From a virus (taxonomy: Duplodnaviria > Caudoviricetes), in the IMG/VR virus record IMGVR_UViG_3300017912_000299, positions 1 through 35,169 of that record: a stretch of DNA of 35,169 nucleotides; one strand, given 5' to 3'. Position 1 is the stretch's first letter. The number at the start of each line of letters is the position of its first letter. Positions 8,429-18,121 of the stretch are shown here, piece after piece. The notes under the pieces were generated by a model. It ran no database searches. It saw only the letters and a list, made by a program, of their open reading frames with translations, and had not been told where the DNA came from. A program made the position numbers and the translations under genes.

Positions 8429-10302
8429 TGACAGGTTATACAAGACAATCCATAGCCAGTATTATCAATGGTAGTAATATTACTGCTCCACCACTTAATG
8501 CAGAATTTGATCAATTACTTGCCGCCTTCAATGCTTCTAGTGGACATACTCACGATGGTACGTCTGCAGGGGCAGGACCTAAAATAAATTTAGCTACCTC
8601 TGTTTCTGGGTTACTTCCTGCAGTTAATGGTGGTTCTGGGGGAGCTAACAAATTAGATGCTACAGCAAACCCAACTATAGCAAATGATAGTAGTCAAGAC
8701 TACGCAGTAGGCTCTGTTTGGATAAATGTAAGTACTGATAAGATATTTATCTGTGTAGATAGCTCAAGTAATGCCGCACAGTGGAGACAGGTAGTAGCTA
8801 ATGATGGGCTAAAAATTGTTCCTGAAACTACTAATACTATAGACATTGGTAGCAGTTCCTTAAAATACAAAGACATTCACCTAGCAGGTAACGCCCTAAT
8901 TGGCGGCACTCTTGGAGTAACAGGTCTTAGCACTCTAGCTTCTCTCAACTCTACCACCTCTACTCTAGGCTCAGTAACTGTAGGCGGTACTGGAAACAAC
9001 GGCTCTATCAATGGCGTTGTAATTGGTAACACAAACGCATCTACAATAGCAGGTACAACAGTCTCTGCCTCTAGCGGATTTACAGGTGACCTTACTGGTA
9101 ATGTGGCAGGTAACGTAACTGCTTCTTCGGGTACATCTACCTTTAACAACGTAGCCATAAATGGAAATTTAACAGGTAACCTTACTGGTGGTATCACTGG
9201 TAACGTAACTGCTTCATCTGGATCATCTACTTTCAATGATGTTACAATTAATGGCACATTGAACATGGACGCAGGTACGACAGGTACTATTACAAACCTT
9301 ACTACCCCGACTAATCCAAATGATGCTGCTACGAAGGGCTATGTAGATACCGAAGTATCAAATCTTGTAGCTTCTGCCCCTGCAGCATTAGACACACTAA
9401 ACGAATTAGCGGCTGCATTGGGAGATGATGCAAACTTCTCCACTACGATTACGAACAGTATAGCTACTAAACTACCTCTGGCAGGTGGCACTATGACAGG
9501 TGCTATCGATATGGGTAGCCAGAAGATTACGACTACTTATACGCCTATTAACACTGCAGACCTTACGAATAAATCTTATGTAGATACGCAAGATGCTCTC
9601 AAGCTCAGTCTCTCTGGTGGCACAATGTCTGGCGCTATTGCGATGGGCAACAATACGATTAGTGGTGTTCCAAATCCAACCGCTAATGATCAAGTTGCAA
9701 ACAAAGCCTACGCAGACAGTATCCTAGGATCAGCAACTTCAGCCGCAACTTCTGCTACGGCAGCGGCTAACTCAGCGGCAGCGGCCCTTACTAGTGAACA
9801 GGCAGCGGCAGGTCATGCGACTACAGCCCAATCAGCAATCGCCTCATCACAACAATTTCTAGATACCTACTTCGTATCAGCAACAGCGCCTTCTGGTTCA
9901 AATCTTACTGTTGGTGATCTGTGGTTCGATACCGCCAACAACATAATGATGGTGTATGGCTCTGGTGGTTTCCAGAATGCAGGTAGCTCAGTCAACGGAA
10001 CATCAGAGAGATCAGACTTTGTAGTAGGTACTTCATCAGGCTCCTACACAGGATCAACCACTACATTTCCTGCCGTTTACGATGCAGGTTTTGTAGACGT
10101 TTACCTTAACGGTGTGAAACTAGCACCCTCAGATTTCACCGCCACAACTGGAACGAATATCGTTCTTGGTTCAGCGGCTGCAACTGGCGATACAGTGGCT
10201 ATCGTAGGTTACGGAACTTTCCAATTATCTAGCCACTATACAATAGCCCAAGTCGATGCGCTCATCGATGATGTGGAAACTCTAGCCCTAGCAGGACTCT
10301 AA
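8428..10302 (+). CDS. Main tail fibre protein
   Basis: N-terminal anchor (GYTRQS..LNAEFDQL..GHTHDG), DAATKGYVD-type repeats, the APAALDTLNELAAALGDDANFSTT fibre motif and a C-terminal VDVYLNGVKL domain. Confidence 0.85.
   Translation: MTGYTRQSIASIINGSNITAPPLNAEFDQLLAAFNASSGHTHDGTSAGAGPKINLATSVSGLLPAVNGGSGGANKLDATANPTIANDSSQDYAVGSVWINVSTDKIFICVDSSSNAAQWRQVVANDGLKIVPETTNTIDIGSSSLKYKDIHLAGNALIGGTLGVTGLSTLASLNSTTSTLGSVTVGGTGNNGSINGVVIGNTNASTIAGTTVSASSGFTGDLTGNVAGNVTASSGTSTFNNVAINGNLTGNLTGGITGNVTASSGSSTFNDVTINGTLNMDAGTTGTITNLTTPTNPNDAATKGYVDTEVSNLVASAPAALDTLNELAAALGDDANFSTTITNSIATKLPLAGGTMTGAIDMGSQKITTTYTPINTADLTNKSYVDTQDALKLSLSGGTMSGAIAMGNNTISGVPNPTANDQVANKAYADSILGSATSAATSATAAANSAAAALTSEQAAAGHATTAQSAIASSQQFLDTYFVSATAPSGSNLTVGDLWFDTANNIMMVYGSGGFQNAGSSVNGTSERSDFVVGTSSGSYTGSTTTFPAVYDAGFVDVYLNGVKLAPSDFTATTGTNIVLGSAAATGDTVAIVGYGTFQLSSHYTIAQVDALIDDVETLALAGL
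9082..9261 (+). repeat. Degenerate 90 bp (30 aa) tandem duplication in the tail fibre shaft
   Basis: acaggtgaccttactggt...ggtaacgtaactgcttc at 9082 recurs at 9172, encoding TGxLTGxxxGNVTASSGxSTFNxVxING twice. Confidence 0.75.
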
Positions 10303-10303
10303 A

Positions 10304-11344
10304 ATGACAATTAACACAACGACACTCGAAGCTAATCTTACTACTAAGATTAACAATACCAGTGGCACTACGGACGGAAAAGAGTTCTTGCTACTGGGTA
10401 AAGCAGTAGAAGCGGTAAACAATGCTGTTTCTAATACTTCTTTAGTAAAAGCTAATAATCTATCTGACCTACCTAGTGCCTCTACAGCAAGGACCAACCT
10501 TGGTTTTGGTACAGCCGACATAGACTTTGGTAGTCAGAAAATTACCTATTCAAATAACTATGCACAATTAAGTGACCTTCCAAGTGCATCTACATATCAT
10601 GGGATGTTTGCTCATGTTCATGCAACTGGCAAAGGTTATTATGCCCATGCAGGTAATTGGCTACCTGTAGTAAATGAGGATACCTCTGGAAACGTAACTC
10701 TTGGCGGTGACCTCACAATTACTGGAGGGCTGCAAGTCAACGGTACGACTACCACTATCAACTCAACTACCTTAACAGTAGATGATCTTAACATCACAGT
10801 GGCATCTGGGGCATCTAACGCAGCGGCTGCAAACGGCGCAGGTCTGACGGTGGATGGTGCTTCAGCTACGTTCAATTATGCCTCTACTGGTGATAAGTGG
10901 ACTATGAATAAACCACTGGATGTCACTGGTGCGGTTACCGCTACTGGTGCTACTATAAATGGTAAACTAGATGTTGAAGAAATTGTTGAAAAAGCAACGG
11001 TAGATACTTCTACTACAGGTACAATTACTTTCGACACTACAGCCCAAGGCGTAATGTTCTTCAGTAACAACCAAACAGCTAACAGAACAATTAACTTTAC
11101 TAATCTAAATACAGTACTGGAAATTGGTCAGTCGTTCACTTGTTCAATTGGCATGGTACAAGGAAGTACAGCCTATTACCTAAATGCCTATCAGATAGAT
11201 GGATCAGCGGTAACGCCTAGATGGTCAGGTGGCACTGCACCTACTGGTGGTAATGCAACTAGCACCGACACTTATACATTTACCTTCATTAAAACTGCGA
11301 ACAATGTTTTTGCTATCTTAGCCGCACAAACACAATACGCATAA
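10304..11344 (+). CDS. Secondary tail fibre / fibre adaptor protein
   Basis: 346 aa, Thr/Gly-rich, with KANNLSDL..ARTNLG, TGGLQVNGTTTTINSTT and a C-terminal PRWSGGTAPTGG..TDTYTFTFIK domain. Confidence 0.75.
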   Translation: MTINTTTLEANLTTKINNTSGTTDGKEFLLLGKAVEAVNNAVSNTSLVKANNLSDLPSASTARTNLGFGTADIDFGSQKITYSNNYAQLSDLPSASTYHGMFAHVHATGKGYYAHAGNWLPVVNEDTSGNVTLGGDLTITGGLQVNGTTTTINSTTLTVDDLNITVASGASNAAAANGAGLTVDGASATFNYASTGDKWTMNKPLDVTGAVTATGATINGKLDVEEIVEKATVDTSTTGTITFDTTAQGVMFFSNNQTANRTINFTNLNTVLEIGQSFTCSIGMVQGSTAYYLNAYQIDGSAVTPRWSGGTAPTGGNATSTDTYTFTFIKTANNVFAILAAQTQYA

Positions 11345-11359
11345 TAGAGGAAAATCAGA

Positions 11360-12319
11360 ATGATTTTACCTAAAAAACCACAAATCTTATACACCCCCAT
11401 GTTAGCCACTTTTGGTGGTGGCTCTGCTAGAGGCTACGGCTTCGGTGTAGGAGGTGGAATTCTACCCGGTGAAGCACTATTTGATGGTAGTAGGACTTAT
11501 AGCTTTACCGTTCCAACAGGAGTGGAATCTATATCAATGGTTCTTGTTGGTGGTGGTGCAGGGGCTGATGGTAGTAACTGTGGCGGCGGCGGTGGCCTCA
11601 CTTGGATTAATGATGTTGAGGTTGTTGAAGGTAATACCCTTACTATCAGGGCAGGAAGAACTGGAAGCAGGTTTGGTTCTGGTACAAACGGAGCAGCAGG
11701 ATCAGATACAAATGGTGAAAGTAGTTACCTTCAATACGGCGGTGTAACAGTAGCTTCTGCGGAAGGTGGAACCAAAGGAGGTTCTAATAATGGCGGCCTT
11801 GGTGGACATCAATCACAGATACATTCTTCTTATCATAATCATGCCTATGGTGGCGGCAGAGGCGGTCATGGTGGCAACGGCAACGGCAACTCTAGAGGCG
11901 GCGGTGGCGGCGCAGGTGGTTATCAGGGGGTCGGTGGCAACGGCGGCGCAAACGGAAATAATTACGGCGATGGTGGTTTAGGCGGCGGTGGCGGCGGCGG
12001 TGGGGGCGCAAACTCCTCAGACGGCGGTCAAGGCGGCGGTGTAGGAATATTCGGGCAAGGCAATAGTGGTACTGGCGGCGCACCTGATAACTATGCGTTT
12101 CCGGGCACTGGTGGCTCTGGCGGTGGCGATGGTGCGAGAATGTATGGTTATTGGACTACTACGACAGGTGCATACGGCGGTGCCTCTGGTGCAGGTTCTG
12201 GTGGTGGTGGTCGAGGCGCTGTCCGAATTGTTTGGGGAAAGGACAGAACATTTCCCTCAACGAATGTAGACCTCGCTTCTAGCACAGGTGACATTTACCT
12301 CAATGGTGTACTTCAGTAA
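11360..12319 (+). CDS. Glycine-rich adhesin / receptor-binding protein
   Basis: 319 aa with YSFTVPTGVESISMVLVGGG..GGGGGL, many poly-Gly runs and GGRGAVRIVWG. It lies in the tail cluster. Confidence 0.75.
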   Translation: MILPKKPQILYTPMLATFGGGSARGYGFGVGGGILPGEALFDGSRTYSFTVPTGVESISMVLVGGGAGADGSNCGGGGGLTWINDVEVVEGNTLTIRAGRTGSRFGSGTNGAAGSDTNGESSYLQYGGVTVASAEGGTKGGSNNGGLGGHQSQIHSSYHNHAYGGGRGGHGGNGNGNSRGGGGGAGGYQGVGGNGGANGNNYGDGGLGGGGGGGGGANSSDGGQGGGVGIFGQGNSGTGGAPDNYAFPGTGGSGGGDGARMYGYWTTTTGAYGGASGAGSGGGGRGAVRIVWGKDRTFPSTNVDLASSTGDIYLNGVLQ

Positions 12320-12333
12320 TTAGGAGAAATTAA

Positions 12334-13059
12334 ATGAGTAGAGCAAGAACTCTTGCCGACTTCATCAGTACAGGTGTGGGAACTGGTATCCTCGCTGATG
12401 GTGCTATTGATAGTACTGAAATAACAGGCGTAACGGTTTCTTCCGCTGAGATAAACTCAGTAATAACTAAAGCTCCTTCTGCATCTCCTACATTCACTGG
12501 GGATGTAACTATAGAAGATAAGATTGTACATGATGGAGATACTAATACAGCCATAAGGTTTCCTAGTACTGATACCGTTTCATTTGAAACAGGTGGAACA
12601 GAAAGGGCTAGGTTTGATGCGTCAGGAAATTTTGTTGTTGGAAAGACAACTACAACAGTAGATGTTCCGGGGGTAACTATTGAACCTAGTGGTAGACTCG
12701 AAACGACTACAACAGGAACTACGCCTCTTTTAGTAGGTAGGACTGATGAGGGACAATGGATTGGTTTTTATGAAGGAAGCACACAGAGAGCCGCTATTGG
12801 TAATATTCTTAATGATCTTTTTATTACATCTGCAAACTCTGGTTTAAGATTTGATTACAATAACACAAGAGTAATTCCTTGTACTTCAACAGGGGCGGCA
12901 TCTGATAATACAGATGATTTTGGTGACCCTGCTTCACGATGGAAGGATGGTTACTTTGCAGGAACAATGACCGCAGGTTCATTTAGTGGGGATGGCTCTG
13001 CACTGACAGGCATACAAGGATTTTCGTATGCATCAACATTAGCATTTGGAGATTATTAA
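12334..13059 (+). CDS. Short tail fibre protein
   Basis: 241 aa with an MSRARTLAD N-terminus, IVHDGDTNTAIRFP, TGGTERARFDASGN, DFGDPASRWKDGYF and FSGDGSALTGI. AGGAG RBS. Confidence 0.75.
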   Translation: MSRARTLADFISTGVGTGILADGAIDSTEITGVTVSSAEINSVITKAPSASPTFTGDVTIEDKIVHDGDTNTAIRFPSTDTVSFETGGTERARFDASGNFVVGKTTTTVDVPGVTIEPSGRLETTTTGTTPLLVGRTDEGQWIGFYEGSTQRAAIGNILNDLFITSANSGLRFDYNNTRVIPCTSTGAASDNTDDFGDPASRWKDGYFAGTMTAGSFSGDGSALTGIQGFSYASTLAFGDY

Positions 13060-13061
13060 CT

Positions 13062-14309
13062 ATGGCTGACACACTCGAAGAAATTTACAAAGCAACGCTT
13101 ACCGAAAGTAGCTTTAATGCTAGTGGCGAGGCTACTGCTTTTACCACAAACTCGACTACGAGATATGTAGTCAAAGGAGTTAATGTTCAACAGGAAGATA
13201 CAAATATATCTGTAGCTGCCGATATGTTAGTTAATGACTGTAAGGTTGCAGATGTATCTAGCTCTGTATCGGGTTCAGAAATAATTGGAACATCTTCAAC
13301 AGTAAAAATTAAAACATCTACGTTTCCATTAACTTTTGAAGATCAATATTTTGGTTTTCTTCCACAAAACAAAACTCAAATTGATAAAAATATTACAGCA
13401 TTTGTAAATACTATAGAAGATACTGGTCAAGGTAACATATCTTCCAATGGAATAACACCTATTGGTACTATCAATACTGATACTTACTACGCTCATTATC
13501 AACCTGTTGGGCCAAATGGTGTAGCTGTTAGACTTAGGTTTGATAACAATAGCATATCTCAAATGCACATTTATAATTCAAGTGGAACAGAAATAGCCAG
13601 TAACACCAATTCATATGCTCCAAAGTGTTTTGATCAGAGACGTTATGTGTACTGGTTAGATGGTCAAAATATAAAACAGTATGATACCCATAATAATACT
13701 ACTGCAAACCTTCCTTGGGGTTTAGGCAGCCCAAACCAATCAACGTATCCTAAACTTTGTTGGGCAGGTAATGGTTGGATATGGGGTACTCCTAGATATA
13801 ATTCTTCTAGTGCAGGTGACAGACCATTTATTTATAACCCTTCCACACAAACAGGTATAGATGCCAGTAATGGTAACAGTTTGAACAGTACATATAGCTC
13901 AACTAGTCAACCAATGTGGGCAGTACATGATGGTGATAGTACTATTGTTGTTTTGAGAATAGAGGGTGTTACAAACTGGAGAAAATTTAGTGTAGACACA
14001 TCATCAGGAACTGTCACTGACGATGGGTCGATAACTCCAATTCAAATGTGGAGTACAAATCAATGGATGGATACACATGATAACAAACTCTATTATTATA
14101 CATTTAATGGTAGAGTTGCATTTTATGATCCAGTAGAAAATGATTTTACTGAGACTACTTTGACTTTCTCAAACACTTCACCGGGGGATGGTAGAGGTAA
14201 TCTTTGGGTTGGTTTTAGCACCCCAACTTCTTCTGAAATTTCTGCAAGAACATACGGAATTAATCCAAGTGCCACTTACAGATTTACTGGTATTAAATCG
14301 GAGGCTTAA
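13062..14309 (+). CDS. Tail-associated putative beta-propeller receptor-binding protein
   Basis: 415 aa, Ser/Thr/Asn/aromatic-rich, with repeated YD/YNP blade-like motifs. It lies in the tail cluster. Confidence 0.55.
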   Translation: MADTLEEIYKATLTESSFNASGEATAFTTNSTTRYVVKGVNVQQEDTNISVAADMLVNDCKVADVSSSVSGSEIIGTSSTVKIKTSTFPLTFEDQYFGFLPQNKTQIDKNITAFVNTIEDTGQGNISSNGITPIGTINTDTYYAHYQPVGPNGVAVRLRFDNNSISQMHIYNSSGTEIASNTNSYAPKCFDQRRYVYWLDGQNIKQYDTHNNTTANLPWGLGSPNQSTYPKLCWAGNGWIWGTPRYNSSSAGDRPFIYNPSTQTGIDASNGNSLNSTYSSTSQPMWAVHDGDSTIVVLRIEGVTNWRKFSVDTSSGTVTDDGSITPIQMWSTNQWMDTHDNKLYYYTFNGRVAFYDPVENDFTETTLTFSNTSPGDGRGNLWVGFSTPTSSEISARTYGINPSATYRFTGIKSEA

Positions 14310-14311
14310 TT

Positions 14312-14923
14312 ATGGGATTATCTTCTGGAGGAGGTTTAGTTTCTACTGCTACTAGTTCTGGTGGTGGTAGTGTATCATCATCAGGCTTAACTGAAGCACA
14401 AGTTGACGCTAGAATTACTGCTAATACGCCTTGGAAGTTTATTAGCAAAGTAGATATTACATCATCAACTGGGTATGCGGAGTTACCATTAGAAGGTAAC
14501 CACACAACTTATAAACTTTTAGGTGATCAAATAGGAGGTACTACAGCGAACTATCCATATATAAGGCTTACACAAGCTTCGGGTGGTATTACTAGTGGAT
14601 ACGGATTGGGTAAGTGGTACGGATGGACTAGCTATAACTATTCATATAATGGAAACGCTTCTGAAATCCATTTACATCAATATAATGGCGATTGGGATAA
14701 AAATTTCGAATTTGTTTTTACAACAACAGAAAATAGTACAAGACCAATATTCAGATGGTCGTATGGCAATGCTACTTCCACATATGACCCATATATTTCG
14801 TTTGGTGGTGGACAATTAAATATTTCCACCTCTACTACGATAACTGGTGTTCAAGTACACATGAATACTGGAAATATAAGTCGAGGTTCCTTTAAACTTT
14901 ATGGATTGAACAAACATGCCTAG
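14312..14923 (+). CDS. Tail-associated beta-sandwich protein
   Basis: 203 aa with WKFISKVDIT..TYKL and a C-terminal ITGVQVHMNTGNISRGSFKLYGL, typical of marine phage tail-tip proteins. Confidence 0.6.
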   Translation: MGLSSGGGLVSTATSSGGGSVSSSGLTEAQVDARITANTPWKFISKVDITSSTGYAELPLEGNHTTYKLLGDQIGGTTANYPYIRLTQASGGITSGYGLGKWYGWTSYNYSYNGNASEIHLHQYNGDWDKNFEFVFTTTENSTRPIFRWSYGNATSTYDPYISFGGGQLNISTSTTITGVQVHMNTGNISRGSFKLYGLNKHA

Positions 14924-15215
14924 ATTTAAACAGACCCCCTATAAGCGAGTCTTTTTTACCGAAGAAGAAGAACTAGCCAGAGATGCAGAAGAACAAGCAT
15001 GGGCTGATGGTGCAAACGATAGATTAGCAGCCGAACACAGAGATACTCGAAATCAGTTACTTGCAGACAGCGATTGGACACAGTTTAACGACAGCCCACT
15101 GAATAACGATAATAAGGTGCTTTGGGCTACATATCGATCCTCATTGAGGTCGCTTCCAGAGCATGAGAATTGGCCCAGTTTAGAGGATGCGGATTGGCCC
15201 ACAAAACCATCATAA
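14916..15215 (+). CDS. Tail fibre assembly chaperone (Phage_tail_APC-like)
   Basis: RDTRNQLLADSDWTQ..WATYRSSLRSLP..WPTKP signature. Confidence 0.85.
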   Translation: MPRFKQTPYKRVFFTEEEELARDAEEQAWADGANDRLAAEHRDTRNQLLADSDWTQFNDSPLNNDNKVLWATYRSSLRSLPEHENWPSLEDADWPTKPS

Positions 15216-15219
15216 AGGC

Positions 15220-15248
15220 TTGTAAGGTTTCGTTATAGCTGTTATAAA
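15220..15248 (+). promoter_or_regulatory. Putative promoter for the GNAT/ejection/lysis genes
   Basis: TTGTAA, a 17 nt spacer, then TATAAA with an extended -10 TG. The TTGTAW...TGTTATAA layout matches the capsid promoter. Confidence 0.5.
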
Positions 15249-15282
15249 CACTAAGGATTTAATAAATAAAATCAAGGTACTT

Positions 15283-15735
15283 ATGACAGAAACATCAGAG
15301 TTTCGGTCAGTCTTACTAAACCCACAGGAAGTTTTAAAATTCTGGCCCCAGTTTGAAGAAGACATAGAAAAAGCATTAGCACATTCTGTAATGGAACTAT
15401 CGGCTTTTGATATTTGTAAACAGGCTCTAAGTGGAATTATACATGTCTGGCTGACTTTGGACACTAGTAATAAGATTGTATGCACAACTACAACAAGGTT
15501 TTTAAACTATCCTAACTACAAGGCTCTGCAGATAATTACTTGTACAGGTAAAGACAGAAAGTGGACTGAGTTTTACGAACAGCATAAAGCAATTGAAAAT
15601 TTTGCAAAACAAAGTGGATGCAAAGGAATACAAGTCTGGGGCCGCAAAGGGTGGCAAAGACAACTAAAACGGCTTACCAGTGATGTAGGCACAAAATATA
15701 AGACACAATATTACGTCTACAGTATGGAGATTTAA
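15283..15735 (+). CDS. GNAT-like protein preceding the ejection proteins (positional equivalent of P22 gp14 / T7 gp13)
   Basis: 150 aa with YPNYKALQIITCTG..IENFAKQSGCKGIQVWGRKGWQR. Confidence 0.7.
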   Translation: MTETSEFRSVLLNPQEVLKFWPQFEEDIEKALAHSVMELSAFDICKQALSGIIHVWLTLDTSNKIVCTTTTRFLNYPNYKALQIITCTGKDRKWTEFYEQHKAIENFAKQSGCKGIQVWGRKGWQRQLKRLTSDVGTKYKTQYYVYSMEI

Positions 15736-15736
15736 C

Positions 15737-17377
15737 ATGACCTTATACAACCCATTTTTTAAGTTTCTTCACCCCCGTGACAGTGGGTTGATTGCTTTTG
15801 GAGGAGGAGGCGGTGGAGCTTCGGCTGAAGAAGTTGAAACTATTGTAGATGAAAAAATAGGAACTCCTTCAACCACAGGTACTGTGACCTCTGGTACTGG
15901 TACTATGGACTTACAAACTACCTCTGTAAATCCTGAAACTGGTGAAGTTACTACAGGTACAAACACAGTAGGGTTTGGGGGTAATGAAGTACCCGTAACT
16001 AACACTGTTAAGGGAGATACTGAAGCTCTTTTAGGTGGGCAGGATAAATTAGGTTCCCAGATTGATGCAGGATTTTCAAATTTTCAGCCTGTTAGTGTAA
16101 CTAACACTACAATTGATACTTCAGACTTGGCTAAAGCTGATGCTATGAACCAAGGTTTTACCAATGTTCTAGAGGATACAGGAGCCATACGAGGAGAAGT
16201 ATCAGGGCTAGGTACTAATATTTCTGATATAAAAACAGATACTGGTACTATTAGAACAGGAGTAGGAGACATTCAGACTACTCTTGGGGGGTCAGACGGT
16301 ACTGGTGGCCTTATGGGAGATGTAGCCCAGTTAGGCACTGATGTAGGTCAACTAGGAACTGATATTGGTGTTACTGCAGATAGTGGTAGTGTAACAAGTC
16401 AGTTACAAGGTATAGGAACTAATATTAGAAACTTAGGTTCCTCAGAGTTAGATCAGTCTCAGATTGGTACTAGATTTGATAATGTAGATACTGCTATATC
16501 TACGGCTGATCAAAATGCTACGGCTGCATTTGAAAGGCTCATGGGTACACCTGACTCAGAGCTAGGAGGAGTTCTAGGAGATATTAAACAAAAAGTACTT
16601 GCAGGTCAGTTATCTGTTCAACAGGTAGTAGATGAAATTAAGAAGAACCAAGCACAAAATCAAGTAGATAATGCAGCTAGTCTTGGAACTCTTATTACAG
16701 GACAAGAGACAGCGGCTACTAACTTTGGCGATTTTACTAGGCAGTATACAACAGATACTAATTTAGCTAATAATGCTAGGGCAGACCTACAGAAACAAAT
16801 TACTGGTGGGGTAGATACTTTACAAGGAAATATTGCAGGTGCTACAGGAACACTTAGCAATCAGGTAGCTAATCAGGCAGCTACTACAGAACAGGCGGCT
16901 GCAGATGCGGCACAAGCTGATGCTAGAAACTTTGCACAAATTATGCGTGATTTAAATGATGTAAATAGGCAGGTAGAAAGTGATCAGGCAAATGATGTAC
17001 TTGCTAGATTAGATACTATACGAAATGTTCTAAGTACCCAAGGAGTTAATATAGACGAAAACATACGAAGGCAGTATGCTGACTTAGCTAACGCTTTTGA
17101 TCAAACTGGAAGATTAATTACTCAGAGTGTAGATAATCAGGGTAATGTAATCCGAAGAGGTATGGATGATCAGAATAATTTACTTATAGCTACATTTGAT
17201 GCAAATGGTAGAATTTTAGGACAAACTACAAGAAATATAAATGAACTTCTATCTCAGATGGACCGCCTTGGATACCAACAACAAGGAAGACAATTTGGTG
17301 ACCTTACTGCAAGTGGATTAGGCTTAATGTCAGGGGAGCAAAATGCAGAACCCTTCATTCAACAGGCCGTAACATAG
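15737..17377 (+). CDS. Internal virion / ejection protein with an N-terminal leader and poly-Gly motif
   Basis: 546 aa with GLIAF-GGGGGG near the N-terminus and a Gln/Thr/Gly-rich heptad region. It follows the GNAT-like gene. Confidence 0.6.
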   Translation: MTLYNPFFKFLHPRDSGLIAFGGGGGGASAEEVETIVDEKIGTPSTTGTVTSGTGTMDLQTTSVNPETGEVTTGTNTVGFGGNEVPVTNTVKGDTEALLGGQDKLGSQIDAGFSNFQPVSVTNTTIDTSDLAKADAMNQGFTNVLEDTGAIRGEVSGLGTNISDIKTDTGTIRTGVGDIQTTLGGSDGTGGLMGDVAQLGTDVGQLGTDIGVTADSGSVTSQLQGIGTNIRNLGSSELDQSQIGTRFDNVDTAISTADQNATAAFERLMGTPDSELGGVLGDIKQKVLAGQLSVQQVVDEIKKNQAQNQVDNAASLGTLITGQETAATNFGDFTRQYTTDTNLANNARADLQKQITGGVDTLQGNIAGATGTLSNQVANQAATTEQAAADAAQADARNFAQIMRDLNDVNRQVESDQANDVLARLDTIRNVLSTQGVNIDENIRRQYADLANAFDQTGRLITQSVDNQGNVIRRGMDDQNNLLIATFDANGRILGQTTRNINELLSQMDRLGYQQQGRQFGDLTASGLGLMSGEQNAEPFIQQAVT

Positions 17378-17389
17378 TGGAAGGTAATT

Positions 17390-18121
17390 ATGCACCCAGA
17401 TAAGATTTCTCAACAAGGGACTAACCTTGTAAAAAAGTTTGAAGGATTGCACAAAGTACATAAGGATGGTCTAGTACACAGCTATAGATGTCCTGCAGGA
17501 AAATACACGATAGGATTTGGCGCGACTAAGGGAGTTCGCTCTGGTCAAACCATGACAAAGGAAGAGGCAGAGACACGCCTCATACATGATTTAAACGAAC
17601 ATGGCAAAATAGTTAAGAAGTATGTCCATGTCCCGTTGACTCAAAATCAGTATGACAGTTTGACCTCTTTTGTATTTAACTTAGGTGGTGGGGCTTTCCG
17701 TAGTTCTACTCTTCTAAAGAAGCTCAATCAGGGCCTGTATGACGAAGTACCAGAACAGCTTATGCGTTGGAACAAGGCACGTATAGATGGTAAACTTACT
17801 CCATTACGAGGACTGACTAGACGTAGGGCTGCAGAGGCTGCACTATTTTCAATGGATGCCAAGATGCCTTCAGATGAAGGTGGTCCTGAGATGCCTCAGA
17901 AACCTACTGCAGAAGCTCCTAAGTCTCTACTAAAAAGTAAGACAATGGCAGGGGCAGGGATTGCAGGTGCGGCTACAGGATTAAATGAAGTGGCAGGTCA
18001 ACTACAGGGGCTAGTGGCCTATGCAGATAGTCTCAAGACTATATTCTTAGTTTGTGCAATCGGTGGTATAGCTCTAGCAGCATACGCACGATGGAAAGAT
18101 AACAAGGAAGGCGTACACTAG
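17390..18121 (+). CDS. GH24 phage lysozyme (endolysin) with a C-terminal membrane domain
   Basis: FEG..YRCPAGKYTIGFG, LTQNQYDSLTSFVFNLG..FRSSTLLKKLN and GLTRRRAAEAALF, followed by a hydrophobic C-terminal extension. Confidence 0.92.
   Translation: MHPDKISQQGTNLVKKFEGLHKVHKDGLVHSYRCPAGKYTIGFGATKGVRSGQTMTKEEAETRLIHDLNEHGKIVKKYVHVPLTQNQYDSLTSFVFNLGGGAFRSSTLLKKLNQGLYDEVPEQLMRWNKARIDGKLTPLRGLTRRRAAEAALFSMDAKMPSDEGGPEMPQKPTAEAPKSLLKSKTMAGAGIAGAATGLNEVAGQLQGLVAYADSLKTIFLVCAIGGIALAAYARWKDNKEGVH

Noticed and set aside
11860-12220. GC-rich GGC/GGT repeats as a foreign island or G-quadruplex element
   Set aside because: They are explained by the poly-glycine coding of the adhesin. The overlapping Arg-rich and alternative-frame ORFs are shadows.
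17441-17510. Cys in place of the catalytic Asp in the lysozyme (YRCPAG)
   Set aside because: This is a common variant in GH24 phage lysozymes and not unusual.
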